Shown here: in pieces, positions 54,501 to 64,000 of the stretch
How the letters are laid out: each line of letters starts with the position of its first letter
How positions within the stretch are numbered: the first letter of the stretch is position 1
Assembly (NCBI GenBank): GCA_904063045.1
Contig: CAJFCJ010000028.1
Span: 687,230 to 751,229, forward strand
Length of the DNA stretch: 64,000 nucleotides
From: Dimorphilus gyrociliatus
Lineage: Eukaryota; Animalia; Annelida
Reading direction: 5' to 3'
Made by a program: the position numbers and the translations under genes
The notes under the pieces: model-generated
Databases searched by the model: none
What the model saw: the letters and a program-made list of their open reading frames with translations, nothing else
Told to the model about the DNA's origin: nothing

Positions 54501-57500
54501 AAATTTCAAATGTTTTGTTCAATATTATTAAAAGTAAAGGATATATGAAAAATAGTAAGAATGATACAAAAATCTTTATTTTTCCCCTTTTATCTTGTTT
54601 GTTATTCTTTTAAATTTAATTAGGATGAAAATAGAAATGGTTGTTTTTTTTTTCTGTTTCCATTATTTTTTATCATTTCCTTTATCTTTCCTCTATTACG
54701 TATGTCCTAAATTCAACTACAAATTTTGTTTAATGAGAACGTATCTAGTTGCGAAATTCAACAACAAAAAAAAAACAAACATAGCTGAATAGGTTTTATA
54801 AAGTAAACTAGAAAAAATAACAGTAAGATTGCAATTATTTAAAGAAAAATAGAGAAAGAAAACATCTATATATACAAATACAGCAAACACTCAAGTCCGA
54901 ACCACTAAGAGAAATAACATATAAAATCTACACAAATTAAGTATAAATATACTACAGAAGTAAATAAATAAATAAGTTATATTATTAACATTTTAGTCCT
55001 TAGAAAAGGAATAAGGTACTTAGATAACTATTGTATAGGCCTACCTATAAACATATACACTGTATATTCATCTAAACGCAATCTACAATATCTCTTTCTC
55101 ATATGAAACTATTACTATCTCTTTTAGTTAGGTTGTTCTTTTCTGTATTTTTCAATAGGAAGCCACTTACATAAAATAGAACTTATTAGCTATTAATTGC
55201 TATTAAACAGTAGATTTTCTGTACAGGAATAATTAACGTATCTAGGTTTTTCTTACTCTATCTTCTGCCATAAACGTTATAGAGAGGTATTAAATTCAAG
55301 CGTAAAAAGGTAACGAATCCATAAATAAAAGCATTATTACATCAAGCGTATAGTTTGAAGGGAAATTTACTTTTTCTTTTTTTTGTATTACAATGTTCTC
55401 ATTAATTTCCAGTGCTTAGTCATTCAGACAAAAGAAAATCAGGCAGTTATCCTCTTCTATCTAATAGCTATATTATAAATATTCTCTACATTTCAAGAGA
55501 AATTTGTAAGACATCTTATTCGATTCTAAATAAAAATTTGATATATATTTTGTATATTTAGAAAAGGAAAATCGTTAACATATTTTATGTTTTAAACATA
55601 TATCAAATATCTTTAATACATCTGCAGAAAATGGATTTTTATTACAGAGAATCGATAAAACTGGAATTTTATACATATCGATATATATATATATATTCCT
55701 TGCCTTGAAGGATATGACGAACTCTACTCATTTTTAAATACAGAGTACTGACTTATATTTAGATATCTACTTTTAAATAGAGAAAATGCTTCTAAATTTA
55801 ATTACAGCAGCATCTAGAATTTTTTTGCCCTATATCACTTGGCAGTTAACCTTCACAAAGGTCAGAAGGATGGGTAGTTGACCGTTTAAGTAGCCTCGAA
55901 AGACTTTAATATCTAACGTATAGAATTTAAGCATTTGAGCAGCTTAAATGGTTATATTCCTTCGAAATTAGATAGATTAGTTAATTACATATATTACAAT
56001 AGTATTCTATTTACTGATAATAAGTTTCCTATGCAAATTTAATTCGACTGGATAGTGATTTTCAATAGATTCACATGTCTTTCATATTTTGTAACGTTTA
56101 AAAGACAGGACTACTTATTATTCATGCATAAAACATGTTTAATGTACTAAACAACTATCTTTCGGCTTAGAAAGTAAAGAGGTCACCTTTCAGGTTATAA
56201 AATTTATGCAACATCAAAAGGACGCCTACACGTACAAAATGTCGGAGAAAAGATATACACAAGTGTGTGTAATGTGAATGTATAGGGAGTATACCTCAGG
56301 TGGAAGTTCTTCTTGAGGAGCAACAATTGCTCCATCAACTTTCTTCTCATCTATAGATTGTCGGAGGTTCTGTTAGAATAAAAAACCGAAATAATCTATT
56401 AATGAAAATCAATAGGTCTATATAATTGTATATAATTAATGCGCAATTGATCATGAGCTGCTATGTAGGCCTTTACGAGCCAGTGTACTGCAACGGACGA
56501 GCCTAAGCTAACCTTTGCAGACCGGGGGTGTCAACTATGTAATTTTTTTCCAAATCGATAACTTATATTAATTCTCGACGCTAGCTCCCCCTACTTTTAA
56601 AGAAACTTAGGCTGATTCTTACTTTCGTACAATCCGAACTATTATCGCTACAAACTGTCTGCAATTCTGCATCGACAACCTTGCCGCTGAGACAACTGAA
56701 AAATGACCAGAATTTTCCACCACTTCCGGTCTGGCGTGTTTTCATATTTTTCCCCATTATTCTCAATATTCGAGCATGGTTTGGGCCAATGTTCATGTTC
56801 TAAAAGCCAGCCGGCTTTATCCATAAGTCGTAGAACGCATACTATAGATAAGCCGATTTCAAAGTCCGCCGAAAAAATCGTTTTTTTATTCAGTTTGCCT
56901 TTTTAGGTAATCTTTTCGCTTTATATAGTGTGCATATCAGGACGGTTTTTATTGTTTGCTTTCAAGGCCAAACATATTGAATTACATTTATGAATATTTA
57001 CAATCGAATTTTCAGAAGGGAGACGGCAGGGGTAAAAGGCCATAAATGAAAAAATGAATAAAATCATCTTTCGAAAGGTAACCTAAATCATCTACAGCAT
57101 ATATTGCTTACATATAACATTCCCAATATTTAAATGGAAAATGTATAGAATATATATAAATATATATTACCCTATTAGTATTATTTGTATCATAATATTC
57201 ATTCTACATATTTATTATCAATTCATTATTATATAAATGTTATAAACTATTATCTTAAGAAATAGTTACAAATGTAAAAGTTCACGATTCTCTCCATCTT
57301 TTTATCAGTTAAAAAGTATTTAATTCTTAGCATTTATCTGTTAAATTCGTTGCTATTTATAAAAAATATTCAGTAAAAACGTACAAGTCGTATTTGTTAA
57401 ATGTATATATATACCTATTATGCATAATAAAAAATATATATACACCTATATGATAATTAAATTACTTCTTGTGATCTTTAGGACACGTATAGCTAAATAA

Positions 57501-60500
57501 ATATATATAAATATATATATATATGTATAGACATATCTGTCTACAAAGGGGGAGAATAACCCTGAATGCTAAGGATGAATATTAGGATTTAGCGATTCAC
57601 ATTAGTTTTCTATAATTACTTCTGCGAGTAAACACATACGTTAATTTACGTGACTTTAGCTAAACTGGTAAAAAACAGAAATCGTATATTTTCGGAATCG
57701 TTTTCATCTAGACCCAAATACTTTACTATCTGTAGACTATTTAGAGGGATACGTTTCGTATTTCCAATACCAATTAAGTGAGACGCCGTTAAAATACTTT
57801 GGAGAAAGAAAAAAGAAGGCAAAGAAGTTCTAGTTTGCCTACACGCTTCATTTGGCAGAGGCCTCGCAGCCTGCAATTTTGTTTCGTCTATTAATATAAC
57901 TTGACCTCAAAAAAATAAATTAATGATTTTTCTATATTTATATATACATTGTATATATAGAGGCATTATTTTACTTATTAATAAACAAATCATTTTTCGA
58001 AGCAATATTTCCCATGGAAATCCGATTAGATAAATAAAAAAAGTGGATAAAAAAGAAAAGAAGTATAAATAAAAGATTTTCCCTCTATTTCTTTATCTCT
58101 CTTTTTTTTAATTTCTGATCACATTCTAATAAAATTTATCATTCATAAAACAACTACGTAACAACATTTTAACGGGATTTCAATCTAAAATTACGATATA
58201 TTGGAACCGATTCAATATTTGTCTACGCCTCAGGCTCAGATAAAATATCTTCATCTCAACCAATAACGCAATCGTAGACCTTAAGCCTGTTTACTAATGA
58301 TAAATATATAAAATTATAGTTTGCCAGTCTAAGTATTGACCAATGCAGTTGTAGCCGATACACTCAATAAATTAACGAAACAGAGAACATGTAGAAAACG
58401 AAATAAGAAAGTCTACAATGTAGTTATGATTATTTCCAACTTTAATATATATATATAAATAACAAATGGGGAAAGAATCTATTCGTATTCGCTTCAGTAT
58501 GGAAGTCCTTGACAAACTTATAAAATTTCGCTTGGTATTAGACAAAAAAAGAGAGGCGAGATTAAATCAACTATAGCATTGCAGTGAAAAATTATTAATA
58601 ATCCTATATTATATAGAAAAGCTATTTTTAAAATTTGAACGATAACAGAAACAATAATAATTAAACTGGATGAAATTAAAATAAAGATAATAATAACCAT
58701 AGAATACTAATGATAATAACAAAAAGAGCCTTCTTCCATTTTTTTAAAGATAGAAATGAACAGATATATGGATAGATAGATAAATAAAACGAAAGGGAGA
58801 GAGAGAGGAAACTTAAAACAGAGTCACAGAAAAAAGGGTTTAGCGAAAAGGATAGTAATACTAGATTATGAATGAACAGCTGCAGCTGTTGATTTAAAAT
58901 TATAAAAAATAGATAATTTATTACTTTGGGATATATAAAATAAAAAATAACTTCAACAAGTGAAAAAAAAACAACAAAAACAAAACAAAATTCCTAGACT
59001 ATTTTTACTCTTAGTGTTTATTACAAAATGTTGAAATTAATTTAATTATTAAACTAAATAGTTAGATAAAGTTACCTTTTTTACTCTTCCAAAAAAAGTA
59101 CTTTTGACAAACTATAATATATACAGTATACTGTTTTAACGTAATACAGTATAATGTATACAGTGTACTATAGCCTATGTATCTTAAACGTATACATAAC
59201 CTATTTATATAGACTATTATAGATATATCTGTCTTTTTTTCTTTTCTTTTTTGATGCAATAAAATGTAATAACGCTAAGAGTTTTATTTATAGAAAAAAG
59301 ATGCTAGAGAAAAGCCGATGACGCTATAGATTATCATTTATACATTCTTTTCAAAGTTAAATAGAATATTCTGCTCGTTTATTGAATAAGCCTAAAAATT
59401 TAAATATCATGCGATATGTTTGAATTTATACTTGTATATTCCATATATGTGAATTATTTTTGGGATAATAAATTACTTGGAAAACCACTTTTTTTACATC
59501 TATGCAGATTAAAGCAGTATATCGTTAAACTTAGTGCTTTATGTTTAAAAATTATGTCAGAATAATCTATATGTGATTAATGTACACGTATATGTATATG
59601 TATACTGTATATATATAACACTTTAAGCTTACTAAATTGTTTTTTTTTTTCATATTTAGATATTTTATAAAACGAGAGAGAGAGAGAGAGAGAGGGAAAG
59701 AGGGAAAGAGACAGATAGCATTAAGGGAAAAACATACAAATAATGATTAATTCCTAAAATCGTAATAAACTTATCTAAATGATTTTTTTAATTTTCTTTT
59801 TGTTCTGCATATTTTGCTCAGATAATCTTGACAAAAATATACAACCACAATATTTGTGTAGATTTAGGAGGTTTTCAAAAAGTGGATAATAATTAATACA
59901 GTATAAATATTTATTTATATACTTATATATTATTATTCTATACAGAGTACAAAGGAATTTTATATTAACGAGGCAACCGAATTATATATATTGTCTTTTA
60001 TTGCACCATAATTTAATAGGCGGATGGATAGTTTTCAAAATTAAGGCCAAAAAGAAAAGATACATTTGCTCATATATTCATTGGCCAGTCTTGGCTTTGT
60101 GCTGTACAGCTTTTAAATAAATCATAAAATGTCAAAAGCATAATAAAGTTAGTGATATGTAAGTCGTTAAAAAACAAACGATAGTCAATACAATCGTCTG
60201 AAAATGTTTGTCAGCAACAGTATCGATTGAAACGCTAATAACTATACAATAAATAGGTAGCTTTATATATTTATTCTAGGATCTAGTATTCAAGATAGAA
60301 GAATACAATTTCTAAATAATACAATTCTTTAGGGTATTAGCTTAGAATAGCTGTTGGACGGTATCCAGCTTTCTTTTAATTAACGATAGGCTTAGGTGAG
60401 GAAAAAATATTTTCCATTTGAAACCATGCAATCTTAGCAGAACAATAAGATTAATCTTGTTAACGTTAAGTTATAATAAAAAATTCATAAAAAGAATAGA

Positions 60501-63211
60501 GCCAGCTTTTACTCCATTTGTTTATACATATATATATATATATATATATATATTCAAGTTTGCATCATTTAGATCAGGCTAAACAGAGTCACTTTTTAAA
60601 CAAAAAAAAACGTTGAATTTAGAAATGAAAAGGGAATCTATTCGTTTACCATCAGAATGTTGCAATTGGTGATAAAAATTGATATATGACAACAATTTGC
60701 AAAAAAGCCATCTGATATAGTGCACCTAGTCTGTTAGCATTTGTTAAAGTGAATCAAAACAAAAATGCTTCAACTTTTTATCATATTGAAAAGCATGAAA
60801 GCGAAAGCAAAGCGTAAAAAAAAACACTGGATGAGGGAATAGAAAAGATTCTTTTTTTTCAATCCTATAACAGATACTAGAATAAAAAATAGCAAGAAGA
60901 AGAGAGAGAGGGGGGGGAGAAGGAAGAGAGGGGGGGGAGAAGGAAGAAAGGGGGGAGGGAGGAAGGGAGGAAGACAGAGTAAAACGATTATATATAAAAT
61001 ATTAATCAAAAAGGTTCGATTACGTGGAAACGCTTCGAGAAATGCTTAGTGATGAACAATTAAGCTAAGTTTATAAATGTAATTAAACGCAAAAACTAAG
61101 GCAGGCAACCGGTTATGAGTCTGATGTATATTAAGCAGCTGTTTGCAAACGCTTTTCATCACCATCTATATTTGTCTACTACAGCTACAAAAGATCATTT
61201 TTTCTCTTTTTCGTATTCTTCTTAATAATAAAGACTTAGAACAGAAACAAAAAATATCTAACTATAAATCTAGGTATAAGGCAAGAGCAAAATGGGGGAG
61301 AGAAAGATACACATTTCTCTCAAACGACTAAAACCGGATTAATTGGGAGTAACCTTGAAACATGGCCTTGTTAATGACGTCTTAACCTGACAAACCTGAT
61401 ATGCACACTATTTTCTGAGAAAAATCCGAATAAAGAATATTCCTGTCCCGCGATATGTCCAGATCAGGCCGAAAGAGACGCGAAAATCATCAATACTTCG
61501 CGCGACAATCCTATTGCGGACAAACTATAGGGGTGTCGGCTTTCCCTGTCTGGTTTGCCAGACAAACAAGACAATTCGCGATCGCCTAATCAAACTGAAA
61601 GCCCAGCGGCCTGACGAAAGTTTTGCTGAGATAATCATCCTTTGAGAACTTTAGTTCGTTATGATAATAGGCTCATCTGTTCTGAATTTTATGAGCCGGA
61701 ACTGTTTTTTACGCATACGAAGAGAAAATTCTTATTTAGTTTTCCTTCATTTTAGACTGTTTATATCTAGTTGAACTACCACTGAGAATCTCAATCATTA
61801 GAAAACCTAAGGGTTAATGTAAATCTTAAGCTTAACAAGGAACTTTAGTGTAAACAACGGAATATTTCTACTATATTACACGAAAAATTAATAAAATTAA
61901 GCAGTTTTACTATTTAAAAACTAAGTAAAATAATAGTGTCATCTGTTTTGTACATTTTACTTGTATAAATACAGATATAGATTGTATATATTGTTATTAT
62001 TCCTATTCTAAATACCATATTCGTATAAGAATAATTCCTATATAAGAGAAAAAAAGAAAAATTAATAGCAATTTAAATATTAGTTAAAGGGCTTTCGGCT
62101 GAGCTGTCATTAATTTTAAAATTATTTCTTTACCTAAGAGTGAAAAATGATGAAAAAGTATATGATAAAGTTTTTTTAAGAGGATGAAAAATATTCATAT
62201 TAAAGAGAAAAAAGTTTTAATATCCTAGATTACTAATTGATTTTTCAACTTGGAGAAAGTTACTTTGCAACCTGTGCAGAAGTAAAAGCTGCTACAGTAG
62301 TGATAAATGTTGTTATCAAAATATTCGAAAGCTTTGGTATATATGTATTTAGGCCTAGTAGCTTAGATGAGTGATACAGGCTTGAAATGATTAGAAATGA
62401 TAAGATAACCTTTTAAAACCTCTTCATTATGTTTTCTGTACAGATATATAACTTTCTCATCAAAATATATAATTCATAATTTTAACTACCATGCTATATC
62501 TTAGCTATGAGATATTTAGCATAAAAGAGTGCGTTAGACATAACAATTGCCTATTTTACTAAACGACCATAAGATAGCTGTCTAATCCGTCTAATAGCTA
62601 AAAGAAATATATATAAAAAGAAAGAAATAGTTATTCAGATCTAACAAAACATTAAATACCTAAATTTGAAAAAGTCCTATTTAATTGGGATTAAATATTC
62701 TATTTTATACTATGTGGAAATAAAATAAGACAGAAGAGAAGTTTCTTTAAATTGTGTTTTTTCCAGTAAAGATAAATGTTTTTTGGGTATAAAATTACTA
62801 ATTAAAATAAAAATAGGATGACAGGGAATACGAACAAAGAAGGAGGTTGATATTGTATTGTTTTACAACAAGATTCTCTTCTACCGCAATCTAAGTAAAC
62901 AAATAGTTTACTAAGTAATTCTAATACAAGATTTGTAAGTAATTGGAATAAAATATGAGAAATAGAAATTTCATATACCCAATAATCATTTATCCTCTTT
63001 CACTATCATCTTCTACCCCCTTTCCCTGCTTCTCCTGTTCGTTTACCTATAGCCATACTTTTCTTTATAAAATAAAGAAGCTAGTTCATTGAGATTCTCA
63101 TTGTAATCAAAACCTAGTAACACATCCCAAAGGACTATATCCCTTGCATCGAAAATCTTTGAAGTTGTTACACCATTGTAAAAGTAAAAGGGCACACTAC
63201 ATATCAATATA

Positions 63212-63261
<50 letters not shown>

Positions 63262-63793
63262 TATGAGATGTTTCTATTTCATCTAATATGTTGGGGAGCG
63301 CTATAGGCCTTTTATATAACCGGAAATAAAAAATCGGAACTATATAATAAAAGAGAAATGTCCAACAAACCTTAAACGGCGAAAATGACTTGCTTTTTCG
63401 CTCTGACTTTTTAGTATTCTCATGAGACTTTTGTACGGCTTTATCTATCCGACTTTGCGACAATTTGCGAACTGGGTTTGTCAACCACCGGAAAGAGCTA
63501 CGCTTTTTCTGGGCAGGACTAGACACATTTGCTGGGCAACTCGCGGTATCGCTATTTGTTTCTGTTTAAAGTGAAAAAAACATAAAAAAAATGATTTAAA
63601 CATCTATCCAAAGTTTTTGTTAGTGTGAGGAGTATGCAGTATGTTCCAAATATATATTAAAATGTCTTAATAAGTTAAAACTACCGTCGTTTTCCATATT
63701 GCTTGACAATCGGACGTTCGGCAATTGTTTCAAAGCGGTCATCGGCACAAGGCCTTGGTGTTCATTTCCGGTTGCATCGAAGGAATTAATTGG
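44611..63793 (-). CDS. TRIO: Trio/Kalirin RhoGEF, 3' portion (end of SH3, DH2-PH2, Ig, kinase-like); 5' end lies beyond the window
   Basis: SH3 end EHQGLVP (63793-63685); [11 protein letters not shown] (63561-63371); linker exons 56369-56295, 53117-53057, 51885-51543 (IPPPM); [12 protein letters not shown]...[18 protein letters not shown]; PH KIFLFEQ...WINEI; Ig VAPVF...[11 protein letters not shown]...[10 protein letters not shown]; kinase to the stop at 44611. Confidence 0.92.
47154..47174 (+). other. Canonical G-quadruplex motif
   Basis: GGGGG-A-GGGG-AAA-GGG-AA-GGG. Confidence 0.6.
47535..47581 (-). CDS. Candidate first exon of an Ig-pseudokinase-only transcript
   Basis: aaaaATGGCGGCA context; [17 protein letters not shown]|gtattt, phase 2, in frame with the acceptor at 46562. 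Confidence 0.45.
48624..50787 (-). CDS. TRIO: Trio second GEF module (DH2-PH2) exons
   Basis: Six phase-consistent exons, from [17 protein letters not shown] to [16 protein letters not shown]. Confidence 0.92.
53506..53580 (-). CDS. TRIO: Candidate alternative first coding exon of Trio (Cys-rich leader)
   Basis: ATG...[25 protein letters not shown]|gtaatt: 75 nt, phase 0, in frame with exon 53117. Confidence 0.65.
56623..56796 (-). CDS. TRIO: Candidate alternative first coding exon of Trio
   Basis: [39 protein letters not shown]...DCTK|gtaaga: 174 nt, phase 0, in frame with exon 56369-56295. Confidence 0.55.
56925..56941 (+). repeat. Inverted repeat arm 1 (17 bp)
   Basis: ATAGTGTGCATATCAGG, exact reverse complement of 61395-61411. 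Confidence 0.85.
60901..60973 (+). repeat. Pure purine tract with a ~20-nt tandem unit and G7 runs (G4/H-DNA capable)
   Basis: GAGAG-G7-AGAAGGAA occurs twice, followed by a degenerate copy. Confidence 0.7.
61395..61411 (-). repeat. Inverted repeat arm 2 (17 bp), overlapping a candidate splice donor
   Basis: CCTGATATGCACACTAT on the plus strand; on the minus strand it reads ...ATATCAG|gtttgt. Confidence 0.85.
63214..63255. repeat. (TA)n microsatellite in a Trio intron
   Basis: Direct reading. Confidence 0.9.
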
Positions 63794-64000
63794 CTGAAAA
63801 TGGCGGAAACAATTTGAATAATTTAAGGAAAAGGAGACGTATTACCGTCTTAATTAATTTTGCCTTAATATAACAAAAAATATTTAATGAAATAATATAA
63901 CTTTTATCTGGGGAACTTGAAGAATGAATCTTGTTTTAAACTAATTAATTTTATTATAATATTCAAACAAACTTAAAATATTCTTTACAAATAACCAAGT

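Noticed and set aside
57646-57876. 76-aa minus-strand ORF in a Trio intron with a plausible acceptor
   Set aside because: The implied 221-nt exon is phase 0 to 2 and does not fit the phase-0 flanking exons. It could be UTR but has no coding support.
61010-61040. GGTTCGATT resembling a tRNA T-loop
   Set aside because: No acceptor stem, D-arm or anticodon arm can be folded.
61396-61713. GC-rich island as a nested coding gene
   Set aside because: All frames on both strands are interrupted; treated only as a candidate non-coding exon.
63795-63808. AAAATGGCGG YY1/start-like motif on the plus strand
   Set aside because: It is the reverse complement of the pyrimidine tract of the Trio acceptor at 63793, and no ORF follows.

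Overview
AT-rich, gene-dense animal genomic DNA with GT-AG introns mostly 60-100 nt long and the standard code. The neuropeptides point to a lophotrochozoan, probably an annelid with a compact genome (inference, not verified). I reconstructed about 14 spliced protein-coding genes by hand: a partial secreted protein (left edge), an ETH/pleurin-like PRXamide precursor, RNF32, translin, a SIFamide/FFamide precursor, a smoothelin-like CH protein, ACOX1, ABHD13, adrenodoxin (FDX1), RSPH3, an orphan 4-Cys secreted peptide, an RDH-like SDR, an ABCC4-like transporter, an ARM-like + NEURL4-type ADP-ribosyltransferase-fold protein, and the 3' part of a Trio/Kalirin gene that runs off the right edge. I saw no rRNA, tRNA, CRISPR array or intact mobile element. 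Most interesting: (1) ACOX1 has three tandem 161-nt copies of exon 3 that can only be used one at a time; (2) a NEURL4-type ART domain with intact H-Y-E residues is fused to an ARM-like region instead of NHR repeats; (3) the Trio locus looks modular, with Cys-rich or MG-starting internal first exons, a perfect 17-bp inverted repeat linking a splice donor to a site 4.5 kb away, a pseudokinase, and signs that the Ig-pseudokinase part can be a separate transcript. All homology calls come from motif recognition; no database search was run.
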